This document shows, in pieces, positions 12,001-20,672 of a stretch of 64,000 nt of DNA (the stretch's first letter is position 1; the number at the start of each line of letters is the position of its first letter). Location: positions 1,907-65,906 of the forward strand of contig PAQH01000022.1 of the NCBI GenBank assembly GCA_002709225.1. Direction: 5' to 3'. The stretch comes from Planctomycetaceae bacterium (lineage in GTDB: Bacteria > Planctomycetota > Planctomycetia > Pirellulales > Pirellulaceae). A program made the translations under genes and the position numbers. The notes below the pieces were generated by a model. The model searched no databases, was not told where the DNA came from, and was given only the letters and a program-made list of their open reading frames with translations.

Positions 12001-13777
12001 GCATGTCTTGGATGCGTCACAGAGCAACCTGACGTTAACCGGTGAGCCGGGGGTACGTCCCGACCTGGCACTGCGGATTCCCACCGTAGGCGGAACGCAC
12101 ACCACCATTACCGATGGGGGTGTCTTTAGTGTGGGTAACGCGACACGTACCGTTGACTTTGAATTTGACAGTGATGGCACGGGAACTCCCGGCAACGCGA
12201 TTGTCCAGTTCACGGCGGCGGATCCGGACGATGACGAAGTCGTTCCCAGCTCCACCGATGAAATCGGAGAAGCTATCGAAGCGGCCATTGCCGGTGAGTT
12301 CTTGGGCCTGTCGCCACTCTATGTCGGTGGCGGCGTATTGAACCTGAATAACAGTCTGGCCGGAGTGCATACGGTAGACGCCGGTACATCCGGACTAATC
12401 CAATTGGGTGAAGTCGGGGTGCCCGGAGCTGTGCCGATCGTTTTCACTCCGAGCGCGAGTTTCAGTGCTGAGACGATGGCAGCGGTGATCGCTACGGCGA
12501 TCAATGAGACGGATCTCTTGATCGATGTTTCCGCCTTCGCCCAGGACGATCGAGTCCAGGTCTACGGTGCGGGAGGAATTGACGGTATCGGCAACGGTTA
12601 CATTCCCCAGATCCAAGATCTCGCGGGTAACGCACTCAAACCGAATCGCTTGAATGGCGAAACCCGGTTTACGATCTTCATGGATTCCGCGATGGACTTT
12701 GGAGACGCTCCGGAGTCCTATCAAACGACCGATGGCCAAGATGGCGCCCGCCACGAAGTGGTAACCGGATTTTCGATTGGTGAATTACTGGACACCGATG
12801 TGGACGGGATCCCCTCCGTCGCCGCGGACGGAGACGACTTGGATGGCGACAACGACGAAGATGGTATTCGGGTGAGTAGTCCCTTTACAGTTGCCTTTGA
12901 CGGTGTAATTGACGTTGAGGCTTTTGGAATTGGTGAGCTAGATGGCTACCTCGACGCCTGGATGGATCTCAATGACGATGGTGATTTTGGCGATGCTTTG
13001 GAGCAGATTCTGGATTCCCAACAGCTGGTCAATGGATCGAATTCGATCACCATTGCCATGCCTGGCGGCAGCACTGTGGCGGGAGACAAGGTCGCACGGT
13101 TCCGCTTTAGCAGTACGGGTGGCTTGGGCCCGGTCGGTTTTGCAGCGGATGGTGAGGTTGAGGATCACATCATCACTTTGCATGCGAATCCTTGGCACAA
13201 CAGCTCGGTTGCGATGGATGCCAGCGGTGACAGTTTTGTCTCGCCCATCGATGTGTTGAAAATCGTCAACTACCTGAATTTCAACCCAAATCCGACCAAT
13301 TCCAAGTTGCCAAATCCTCCAGCGCAAAATCCTCCAACTGCCGGACGAATCGATGTCAACAATGACGGCTTTGCATCTCCGATCGATAGCTTAATGGTTG
13401 TCAGCTTCTTGAACTCGCAAGGGGCAGGTGGGGCCGGCGAGGCGGCTGCGGGATCGCGGATCAGTGCGAGTTCGGCGCCTGCCGTCTTTGATGTCAGTCT
13501 CTGGGACGAGGCGGCGGACACTACTACGTTGAAGCGGCCACTGTTGACAGGCGATGAGGCGCGGCAACCGCTGGTGTCCGCGGCCGCCAGGCGACCTGTG
13601 GAAGTGACGTTCCAGTTGCCGCCACGAGGTGAATGGATGCAGCAACTGTCAGGTCGGTCGCTGGATTTGGCTACTGTGAACCGGCTGGATGATGCACTGG
13701 AGTCGATTCTGGAAGATGTCGCGAGTGAAGTCAGTGGTGATGCCCACGACGAGGTATTCGCACAGTATCGCGACTAG
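2..13777 (+). CDS. Giant secreted/cell-surface multidomain protein, 5'-truncated by the window edge (metzincin motif, PPC-like domains, parallel beta-helix repeats, propeller-like region, GEVED-type module, C-terminal dockerin-like repeats)
   Basis: Uninterrupted ORF (track 29..13777, 4582 aa). The same frame stays open back to base 2: AFTEGQTFS precedes the first listed residue and matches the internal repeat consensus DGQ[ST]F, so the true start lies upstream of the window. Motifs seen: HEIGHLLGLGH; DIDLYEFEI..GRYFVGV..GNYELRL; GDIDVYSFEAQAGTEVWFDID; EPNDTIADAT..GTYFVGVSGAGNETYD..GEYDIRITV; NNLIYKN/NNTLVG/NNLISD beta-helix repeats; FGDAPESY..DGEVEDH; two DxxxDGxxSPIDxLxxxxxLN repeats at the C-terminus. 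Confidence 0.88.
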   Translation, partial: AFTEGQTFSVTSDTGSEQVLELDSGYLLQVPQTLLMQIPETGAAEIGSDDGVTDTERFIVTNGIVSKVFEFDNTGLVNGANVAISLLDASGEPRSADELADAVIAALNGVTPSLGLSPSNLGGGRIHLGSTAANSLDTTLAPSLTVAGIAGGLEDGDAFVLSDGTNDQTFLFDADNSDASTATTTVIAFDPGQTHEEIAENVAIAITGAGLGVAPIHLADGLVHIGGRENHSLDTAGANGNLTQSGTPGAQSAGAAPVFFTPSASFGASQIAAAIATAINDANIGVDANVQAPPLDDSRIALVGATAVDTNGLAGLSNGQLDSWVISSSIDAQFFPIDLPGGNDDIGHREIRPETHLLGTINPFSAQPLFPADTVPGITTQTYNFQDEYGFDPQGNVLLNAITENQKQRAREIFELYSEYLGIDFIETTNLGLTVVTGDMRALDPEIETGPGGVIGLAGGGIAIMDNAENWEDTFGAADVGSGKLSWFDTAMHEIGHLLGLGHTYELSPQTVMGEERILALAQAVEPVFPGDHDIVHGQHLFRPESKDIDLYEFEIADSGLLTVETFAERLVDPSLLDSAITIYQEVRNDLGEVTGHELVARNDDYFSEDAFVEIQLEPGRYFVGVTASGNTSYDPVIEDTGWGGTSQGNYELRLTFRKDADRSIVDTTGQSLDGDNNGLAGGVHNFWFRSEAAANTIYVDKSNQPGPFDPAPTGAIDNPLNNIAEALDAAQPGDIVRIVGNGGGDGLLETAADNLSYDIGFSRVGNSPLVDGHTLEIPEGVTVMVDEGAVFKLRRARVGVGSSSPTIDRSGAALQVLGTPRLLDDQGAVIRDVSTAVVPGTIFFTSIHDAAIGDDANPDIRPPAPQGGDWGGIEFRNDIDQADASRFLYQDEGIFLNHVNHAQFQYGGGEVIVAGVSQVITPLHLTDARPTLAHNLIQFSAHAALSMNPDSSLESNFHAPQDQQIPFTSDYSRVGPQINDNQTVDNSINGLFVRVVTPAGQDLERLTVPGRWDDTDVTYVVAENLVIEGAPGGPLLEEETPPTVLVKLTGQNGGSLAAGIYDYRLTYVDAAGNESPPSDPTREVEVGSNGQAAVLLENLPPAPAGFVGRRLYRSTDNLAGPYELVDEISPDQTTFADDGTTRGGALEVEANQLRSRFDGRLAIDPGTTVKLQSSRIEVQLGTQLIAEGMDGNEVIFTGISDDRYGAGGSFKTTPVILDPAPGQWGGLYLGPASRASLDHVVVAYAGGSSKVEGTFADFNAIELHQAEARIAHTRFENNAIGVGGPAPPERIGRGTNAPAVVFIRDAQPVLWNNVIQDNVAPAMSVDVNSLNHRPVRDGGRVTYFRNAAAADPSTPIDVFAGFSGNQGPLIRDNRLENNTLNGLLVRGGTLTTEGVWDDTDNVHIVLDEINVPDFHTYGGLRLTSNAAESLVVKLEGANAGFTALGRPLDIDDRIGGRVQIVGHPRAPVVLTALTDDLASAGLTPQGAPNWDTDNNGNIFEEVGPQPLPTIGEIDNGLLIDNDTLTSVIGHFEVTIDDGGSHNVDADGISAQGNTQLLENIDAIFEFLNYVDVANGDEVLNLSDTTITTAAYLEDDDLVVSEGEFDGENGVVSWRVESHFDDGFPILYNTVSFESDAEFGNLQFVNYLDEDVQGVSDDILYLTGTPGATDFRAFTLDGPERIGFSQGGTYLPGENLVNMTYDGWAADEFADLRSAVEDSSATFSIPGDIDTDDLPLFTDPDLGDVYGPNDVTTAFAWTVDPEATTARIVTFLELVPEDPGKLVIPGGQWRSVRLEEFSGDTNLASVVELEASDLESGPDTNSTPNTAQRLGALAPHDKSGDDILRLGFTVSGTVANPGDIDVYSFEAQAGTEVWFDIDATTHALDVVVELLNSDGTIVAQSDNSLDEGNGVLSVYANPAEIPLNHVNPLQKSEFLGRDHYSINPRDAGFRAILPGTPGSPNTYHVRVRSSNLQSGDPTSNLRDEALLNSGLTSGVYQLQLRLRELDQIAGSSVQFADIRYATNGIEVLGQPIHSHLTGEVAESPLGNETFATAQQLGNLLNTDRAALGVAGNLGDGGLDGTDPDIYQFEITYDSIQQSGSHAATLLDIDYADALGLPNTTISVYRENEDGTIEFVLSAKDSNVADDQPGPLEGVDLDDLSRGSAGVLDPTLGTVELPVGVYYAVVHSDQVMPAELDQFDAEAPVNSLLRLEPVNSVARIAEDHIESSGGSTAAAPEVPVLFGADAATPWHLGDVTLYVAATGGFGSTDVWAVDPFTGTAEYRLNEELDGSRKDIATDVGDIAMRPSVADFDLGALMAFGHNLEVAPGCNISDENSDDYFQISTADGTLAQIGETEIETFEFDAENDSDKVSNECDGNDIGDGQHMEALAFTQVNGELWGFAVGGRPDSFPNRPGVDSHRNNLYSFAPGPNNLGDFAPGEAFHELPERESPSRFVGAGTQIVERGTLDAVSGTITGIAFVGGQMFGVSNQGGLYRITGYTGAGAQATLISTITNSGGFGGVRFEGLAVGPPTVEDGFYSRMLFGIDDGGELYAFSTAGVPQAVFVDGQTSIQTGVAFDIRGMDFSTLNENLWHVEDFREADAGHGINEAFDGSREAAAGDNALHFGATLTDTNTNPDDFYDYPGGAHGSIVSNVFSLADYNATDLPTLYFNYFVDTEGQSTAPGSGTTGSDPMLDAFRVFIGGEDGQWEMLATNNSFASTPPDEDPTDDELLDFDTFRVQEAFDTASWRQVRVDLSPYASREDDLRLRFDFSTAGSMNTGDEDTAGEELVAVDAIQLRDGDSFTVDGSFFGFGGDRFEIELGFTLVVSSGAAIDDGETVTIDGDVFEFVENGARDPLPGNIGVVFNDNESPQTVASNLEQAINGNFSPPPQEVDLTVVEPNDTIADATNTGLTGGPGQFVNAPIPGLIGDNPILITEVGRDVDMLRLDMGTGDRVIVDIDSPDGSGLDSILRLFDENGLELAFSDDNEAPDEEVGTSDSYIDFVAPVAGTYFVGVSGAGNETYDANDASTAVNGSTGEYDIRITVTNEVTRVNGNRINLPSNNVVIASGPGVAIDGQPGTSGIAVPLNATMDRQEVAGVIRQVLANFYAGGNVQTVKMFDETVRVIGHSVSGVRSLSGGTTLGLTNRLPGDEYGAFNSNVRGQTNAHEGVYIDDIVIGLAERGEMVTGQTGLTDFSANPRFSGTDIVVGDYQLEIRRSAEYGEPDGDALVLYRSFHTNDRLGQQFSIEAPFGHEVADGQTFSLSDGIDTLVFEFDDQELPAGHPNAGVTQGHVPVPFESNDFEEKADTNVTMAHTIRDAINGADSQAVLDVTASLSDGRVTGTSSNAHHINIYGNVIADMGPLALNLVRYNDVGDVNREREQGQVLIDSNRISYSSGFGVVVDADDARDISALAELAGNLPHAPAGRNLAVPGDAPPSVADRLVPGAVISNNLIYKNAEGGIHFSGDDHQGGDQQPASVPFGRIVNNTLVGVGDENIGNQGTGILVTDFASPTILNNLISDFEVGIDVDSTSDSTVVGYSLFHQNSQNAAGGEVGAFAIELDSDSPLFVNQTEDNYYLADGAQAIDSSLDSLRDRAAMDTIKEPLGIAPSPILAPSLDVLGQKRIDDPAVDTPFGQGANVFKDRGAVDRADFEGPSVFLVNPRDNDALGTDTDSRDTYIETAEVLDRFAIKFLDGVEPNDPQAGTGVDDGTVDLSKVTLLQEGRRLTAGVDYVFEYDSTSDIIYLNPLAGIWERATNYEIVLSNRDGRIIVAPAGNQVDDGQSFDLVDDGGNAANFEYESGYVLQVPQTFTLSVPLAGAASGGITDGQTFSAGSGGATTTFEFDSNDTTSGTSQVIPFESGDTATDLANSIVSALDESGLGFTPRHLGLGVVHMGSQSFHTANTDGSVITLQGQAAGVANGDLLSIDDFTQVVTFEFDSDEEIEEDSGHVPFPFTFDQTHEEIAALLVTAMSDADVALSPIDLGEGTVHVRGLSLSGGAPLHVLDASQSNLTLTGEPGVRPDLALRIPTVGGTHTTITDGGVFSVGNATRTVDFEFDSDGTGTPGNAIVQFTAADPDDDEVVPSSTDEIGEAIEAAIAGEFLGLSPLYVGGGVLNLNNSLAGVHTVDAGTSGLIQLGEVGVPGAVPIVFTPSASFSAETMAAVIATAINETDLLIDVSAFAQDDRVQVYGAGGIDGIGNGYIPQIQDLAGNALKPNRLNGETRFTIFMDSAMDFGDAPESYQTTDGQDGARHEVVTGFSIGELLDTDVDGIPSVAADGDDLDGDNDEDGIRVSSPFTVAFDGVIDVEAFGIGELDGYLDAWMDLNDDGDFGDALEQILDSQQLVNGSNSITIAMPGGSTVAGDKVARFRFSSTGGLGPVGFAADGEVEDHIITLHANPWHNSSVAMDASGDSFVSPIDVLKIVNYLNFNPNPTNSKLPNPPAQNPPTAGRIDVNNDGFASPIDSLMVVSFLNSQGAGGAGEAAAGSRISASSAPAVFDVSLWDEAADTTTLKRPLLTGDEARQPLVSAAARRPVEVTFQLPPRGEWMQQLSGRSLDLATVNRLDDALESILEDVASEVSGDAHDEVFAQYRD
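1478..1510 (+). other. Metzincin-type zinc-binding signature HEIGHLLGLGH (HExxHxxGxxH) inside the giant ORF
   Basis: Codons cac gaa atc gga cat ctc ctg ggg ctg ggg cat, aa 484-494 of the track protein. A Met-containing segment SPQTVMG lies about 10 aa downstream and is a candidate Met-turn. Confidence 0.7.
12698..13168 (+). other. GEVED-type module of the giant protein (FGDAPESYQT ... DGEVEDH)
   Basis: FGDAPESY starts at nt 12698 and DGEVEDH lies at 13148..13168. The acidic DxDxDGxxD-rich segments between them are typical of the GEVED C-terminal module as I recall it. Confidence 0.5.
13217..13414 (+). other. Two dockerin-type (EF-hand-like) repeats at the C-terminus of the giant protein
   Basis: DASGDSFVSPIDVLKIVNYLN (13217..13279) and DVNNDGFASPIDSLMVVSFLN (13352..13414). 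Both fit the dockerin type I Ca-binding repeat pattern Dx[ND]xDGxxxxxDxxxxxxxL. Confidence 0.6.
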
Positions 13778-14005
13778 TCGCACCGCAGCGCTTGGCGAGG
13801 GAATCGCTGTACGTGACACGCAACAGGTGGCCTGAGAGGGCCGCCAGGTGTCGGGCTGCGCCAGACACCTTGATGGTTGCTCTCCGGTCCGTATTGCTCG
13901 ACAATGGATTGGTTGGTGGCTGCGCTCGCCGGTAGCACGTGAGCTGGTGTTGCGCTGGCGGGTCTTGGGGTCCCGGGACGTCCCCTGCATGAGAAGATAT
14001 TCGGT

Positions 14006-16633
14006 ATGAGAAGATACCTCGTTCTAGGTTGGTTACTGGCCATTGGCCAACTTGCTGGTGTCGCGTTACCGTCGGATCCACGACTGACGTTTGAACAGCA
14101 TATTCGGCCGATATTTAAAGCCCACTGTTTTGAGTGTCATGGCGAGGGGCCCGAGCTGGCGGGTGGATTGGACTTGCGGCTCCAGCGTTTTTTGATTGCC
14201 GGCGGTGATTCGGGGGCTGCCGTGGTCGCGGCCAAGCCGGCGGCAAGTCTGCTGTTGACGCGCGTTAGTGACGGTGAAATGCCTCCCGGAGAAGCGAGCA
14301 AAAAATTGACCGGTTCCCAGCTGGAGCTGATCCGCAAATGGATCCTAGCTGGCGCTCCGCTGGCGCGGGCTGAACCCGAGTCGTTAGCGCGCGGCTTCCA
14401 GTTTTCCAGTGACGATCTCGAGTTTTGGGCCTTTCAACCCATTCGTCGTCCCAGCGTTCCCGAAGTCCGGCAGACGACACAGGTCCATAGTCCGGTCGAC
14501 CGCTTTGTGCAATTGAGGCTTGAGCAGCGCGGCGCGAGGTTGCAGCGAGCAGCGTCTCGAGAGCAGCTGCTGCGGCGGGCGACGTTTGATTTACTGGGTT
14601 TGCCTCCCACTCTCGATCAGCGAACAGAATTTCTTGCCGATCCGGCGCCAGACGCGTGGCCGCGGCTCATCGACCGGCTGCTTAACAGTCCGCATTACGG
14701 GGAACGTTGGGGGCGACATTGGCTTGACGTTGCCGGTTATGCCGACAGCGATGGTGTGAATAACTCCGACACCCAGCGCAAGTGGGCCTGGCGTTATCGC
14801 GACTGGGTGGTTGCGGCCCACAATCGGGATACTCCTTGGGACCAGTTTCTCCTGGAGCAACTGGCGGGGGATGAACTCGTCACACGACCTTACGAAAACC
14901 TTTCGCCGCGGCAGATCGATCGACTGGCCGCGACCGGGTACTTGCGCACGGTGGCAGACGGGACGGGTAGCAGTGACACTCCGCAAACACGTAATCAGGT
15001 GGTGTCTGAGACATTGAAAGTAGTGTCGACTTCGATTCTGGGGCTGACGGTTGGTTGCGCGCAATGTCACAACCACCGGTACGATCCGATACCTCAGGAA
15101 GACTACTATCGGTTTCGGGCCATCTTTGAGCCGGCGCTCGACGTGGCACGCTGGCGAAAGCCGGCACGCCGACTGGTTTCGCTCTACACCGATGCAGATC
15201 GGTCGGAGGCTGCCCGGATTGAAGAAGCGGCCAAGGAGATTGACCAGCAGCGCGCACGTAAGCAGAAAATGTACATCCAGCGCACGTTTGATCAGGAAGT
15301 CGCCAAGCTGCCTGATGCATTGCGTGAAGAGGCTCGGCTGGCCCGCCAGACAGATGAAAAGAAGCGGTCGCCAGCGCAGCGTGAACTCCTGAAAACGTAT
15401 CCTAGTTTGAATGTCTCGGCCGGTTCCCTGTACTTATACGACCAGCGCGCGGCCGATGACCTGAAGACAATCGCCAAGCGCGCGAGCGACCTGCGAGCCA
15501 CGAAGCCAGAGGAGACGTTTGTGCGCGTGCTGCAGGAACAACCCGATCAAGTGCCAGTGACCCGGGTTTTCTTCCGCGGGGATATCAATCAGCCTGGAGA
15601 TGCTGTGACACCCGCCGGTTTATCTGTGTTGGCGACCGTTTCAAGTCAGGCTGCCGGCTTACCTGAAAATGACGCTTCCCTACCCACGACGGGACGCCGT
15701 TTGGCATGGGCGCGGAGGCTGACCAATGGCCGGCACCCTTTGGTGGCGCGGGTCATTGTCAACCGTGACTGGATGCACTTGCTGGGTCGTGGCTTGGTTC
15801 CCACTCCCGGCGACTGGGGCGCGCTGGGCGCTCGGCCCACGCACCCTCAATTACTTGACTGGCTGGCAGGCGAGTTCATGGGGACAGGTTGGAGCCTGAA
15901 ACGGTTGCACCGTAGGATCATGGGATCAGCGACCTACCAGCAGTCTGCGCGATCCGACAACGCGACATTCGCATTGGATCCGGAAAACCGCTTGTTGAGC
16001 CGTGGCGCAGTCCGTCGTTTAGATGCGGAAAGCGTGCGTGATGCAATCCTGAAGATCAGCGGGTCGCTCGATTCCAAGTACGGTGGTCCGCCTGTACCGA
16101 TCATGGCGGACCGTGTCGGCCAGTGGGTGATCGGAATCGAGAACCTCAACGCGGGTCGGCCTGGTCCAGTGATCGAAATGCAAGGGGAACGCTTTCGTAG
16201 GAGCATCTGGGTCGAGGTGCGTCGCAGTCGTCCTCTCGCGGTCCTTGATACCTTTGATCGTCCCGCAATGGAGCCCAATTGCACCGAGCGCGTTTCCACG
16301 ACGGTCGCTTCACAGTCGCTGTTGATGATGAATAGCGATTTTGTGGTGTCGCAGTCGGCGCGGTTCGCCGCACGGTTGCGGGAAGTAGGTTCCCAGCCCG
16401 TCGATCGTGTCAGGCACGCCTGGAAATTGGTTTACACGACCGAGCCGACGACGAAACAGGTCCATGCGGCGGTGGCATTTGTGGAGGAACAGACAGCATT
16501 GTTCCGGGAGCCTTCAGCAGAGGGTGGCAAAAAGCAATCCGCAGCCCAGCAAATGTCGCAGGCTGTTGACCGGGCCTGGAGCGTATTCTGCCAGGCCCTG
16601 CTTTCCAGCAACCGGTTTTTGTACCTTGATTGA
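14006..16633 (+). CDS. PSCyt/DUF1549/DUF1553 (PSD1-type) planctomycete cytochrome-c-domain protein
   Basis: 875-aa ORF with a hydrophobic N-terminus (MRRYLVLGWLLAIGQLAG). CFECHG (CxxCH) lies at aa 41-46 (nt 14126..14140 covers CFECH). CAQCHNHRYDP lies mid-protein (DUF1549-type). The long C-terminal half is typical of DUF1553. Confidence 0.85.
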   Translation: MRRYLVLGWLLAIGQLAGVALPSDPRLTFEQHIRPIFKAHCFECHGEGPELAGGLDLRLQRFLIAGGDSGAAVVAAKPAASLLLTRVSDGEMPPGEASKKLTGSQLELIRKWILAGAPLARAEPESLARGFQFSSDDLEFWAFQPIRRPSVPEVRQTTQVHSPVDRFVQLRLEQRGARLQRAASREQLLRRATFDLLGLPPTLDQRTEFLADPAPDAWPRLIDRLLNSPHYGERWGRHWLDVAGYADSDGVNNSDTQRKWAWRYRDWVVAAHNRDTPWDQFLLEQLAGDELVTRPYENLSPRQIDRLAATGYLRTVADGTGSSDTPQTRNQVVSETLKVVSTSILGLTVGCAQCHNHRYDPIPQEDYYRFRAIFEPALDVARWRKPARRLVSLYTDADRSEAARIEEAAKEIDQQRARKQKMYIQRTFDQEVAKLPDALREEARLARQTDEKKRSPAQRELLKTYPSLNVSAGSLYLYDQRAADDLKTIAKRASDLRATKPEETFVRVLQEQPDQVPVTRVFFRGDINQPGDAVTPAGLSVLATVSSQAAGLPENDASLPTTGRRLAWARRLTNGRHPLVARVIVNRDWMHLLGRGLVPTPGDWGALGARPTHPQLLDWLAGEFMGTGWSLKRLHRRIMGSATYQQSARSDNATFALDPENRLLSRGAVRRLDAESVRDAILKISGSLDSKYGGPPVPIMADRVGQWVIGIENLNAGRPGPVIEMQGERFRRSIWVEVRRSRPLAVLDTFDRPAMEPNCTERVSTTVASQSLLMMNSDFVVSQSARFAARLREVGSQPVDRVRHAWKLVYTTEPTTKQVHAAVAFVEEQTALFREPSAEGGKKQSAAQQMSQAVDRAWSVFCQALLSSNRFLYLD

Positions 16634-16710
16634 ATTTCCAGAAGGTTGAATTGAGTGCGAGATGGAGGCGAACTATTTCGCCAGGCTTGACCAAGAGAGC
16701 AAACGATCCA

Positions 16711-18159
16711 ATGCATCATTCAGAACCCATTTCTGCCGTATCGAGCCGTCGCCACTTCCTGGCTGCCAGTTCCCTGGGATTGGGGTCGTTGGCGACTGCC
16801 TGCTGGAATGCCGAGCAGCGGCTGCAAGCCGCACCCCCGCGGCCGGAACTTGAGCCGCGGCACTTTGACACACTCCCGAAAACGCCCGGCAGGGAACCAC
16901 GCGCCAAGGCAATGATTTCATTGTGGATGCAGGGGGGGCCCAGCCATATCGATCTGTTTGATCCCAAACCCGCCATGGCCCGTTGGCACCTGCAACCCTA
17001 TCCCGGAAAAATCAAGTACGACAACGCGGCCCAAGCAAGTTCGAAGGTCCTTCATAGCCCTTGGAAATTTCGTCGCCGCGGGCAGAGTGGTATGGAAATT
17101 TCCGAGTTGTTGCCGCACACGGCCGGGATCGCCGATGCCCTCTGTTTAATTCGTTCGATGCGAACGGGAGTGAACAACCACGGCCAGTCGATTTTGGCGA
17201 TGCAGACTGGCAAAATTACCAAGGGGCGCCCGGCACTGGGTAGTTGGACCGTGTATGGACTTGGCAGTGAGGCCGATGATCTACCTCCTTTCCTCGCGCT
17301 CATCGATCCAGGGCAACTGCCGGTTGAGGGGGTTGCTAACTGGTCCAATGGCTGGTTACCCGCGGTCTATCAGGGGACCGTCATTCGCGCCCGTGAACCA
17401 CGGATTCTCAACTTGCAGCCGCCGGCGCATCTGGCGGGTAAAGTGCAGGGATCGTTTCTCAAATACCTGCGGCGGTTGAACGAGGAACACTTTTCCGACC
17501 GATCCGTTCAGAACGACCTGTCGGCTCGGATTAACAGTTACCAGTTAGCGTCTCGGATGCAGGCGTCGGCGCGGGAAGCGCTCGATATTTCCGGGGAAAC
17601 CAGGGCCATCCAGGAGATGTACGGCATCCATGAAAAAGAGACCGCGGATTACGGCACGCGCTGTCTCATCGCCCGGCGGTTGATTGAGCGGGGTGTTCGT
17701 TTTGTGCAGGTCTACACGCAGAACCAATTTTGGGACCACCATGGCGGGATTAAGAAAGCGTTGCCCCCCGCCTGCCGCAAGGTCGACCGTCCGTCGGCGG
17801 CGCTGGTGTCGGATCTCAAGCAGCGCGGCCTGCTCGACTCCACAGTTGTCCACTGGGGGGGGGAGATGGGGCGGTTGCCCGTGATCCAGAATGAAAAGAA
17901 TATTGGCCGCGACCACAATACTTATGGGTTTAGCATGTGGGTCGCCGGTGGCGGCTTTCAGAGTGGTCTAACCTATGGAAAAACGGATGAGTTTGGCCAC
18001 AAGGCGGTTGAGGATGTGGTCAACCATTTCGACTATCACGCGACCTTGTTGCATTTGTTTGGCTTGTCGGCGGAACGATTGACGTTCAAACGCAATACAC
18101 GCGATGAGTCGATCCTGGCCGGCCAGCCTGGCCAAGTGGTTAAGGACTTGTTGGCCTGA
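16711..18159 (+). CDS. DUF1501 family (sulfatase-like fold) protein with twin-arginine signal
   Basis: Track ORF is 16630..18159. The ATG at 16711 gives MHHSEPISAVSSRRHFLAASSLGLGS, a Tat motif. FWDHHG and WGGEMGR motifs are typical of DUF1501. It sits immediately downstream of a DUF1553 gene, the canonical pairing. Confidence 0.85.
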   Translation: MHHSEPISAVSSRRHFLAASSLGLGSLATACWNAEQRLQAAPPRPELEPRHFDTLPKTPGREPRAKAMISLWMQGGPSHIDLFDPKPAMARWHLQPYPGKIKYDNAAQASSKVLHSPWKFRRRGQSGMEISELLPHTAGIADALCLIRSMRTGVNNHGQSILAMQTGKITKGRPALGSWTVYGLGSEADDLPPFLALIDPGQLPVEGVANWSNGWLPAVYQGTVIRAREPRILNLQPPAHLAGKVQGSFLKYLRRLNEEHFSDRSVQNDLSARINSYQLASRMQASAREALDISGETRAIQEMYGIHEKETADYGTRCLIARRLIERGVRFVQVYTQNQFWDHHGGIKKALPPACRKVDRPSAALVSDLKQRGLLDSTVVHWGGEMGRLPVIQNEKNIGRDHNTYGFSMWVAGGGFQSGLTYGKTDEFGHKAVEDVVNHFDYHATLLHLFGLSAERLTFKRNTRDESILAGQPGQVVKDLLA

Positions 18160-18166
18160 CGCAGTG

Positions 18167-20502
<2,336 letters not shown>

Positions 20503-20672
20503 TCGACTGACACCGGGGCGCACGGCGAGCCAGCCGTTTTGGTCCGGTTCGCTTGCGTCCGAATGCTGACCGGACTAGCATAAGCGTATCGCAGGTCTGG
20601 CTTTGCGCCTCAGGGAGGCACGCGGCTGACTGGGGTGATGGCTCTTTTCTCGTTCCGCCAGGAGTATTTCCA

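Noticed and set aside
13846-13870. Hairpin aggtgtc-N11-gacacct downstream of the giant gene, considered as a rho-independent terminator. A similar case is gtccggt-N20-accggac at about 20542..20575 after gap.
   Set aside because: The stems are short (7 bp), the loops are large, and no U-tract follows. This is not enough to call a terminator.
16630-16710. The upstream extension of the DUF1501 ORF, and analogous long N-terminal extensions of the track ORFs at 19201, 20553, 21927, 30525, 31681, 41185, 42480, 54108 and 59883.
   Set aside because: The extensions precede well-formed signal or Tat peptides or conserved family N-termini. They often start at non-ATG codons and overlap upstream genes or intergenic repeats. 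Internal starts were preferred, but none is experimentally verified.
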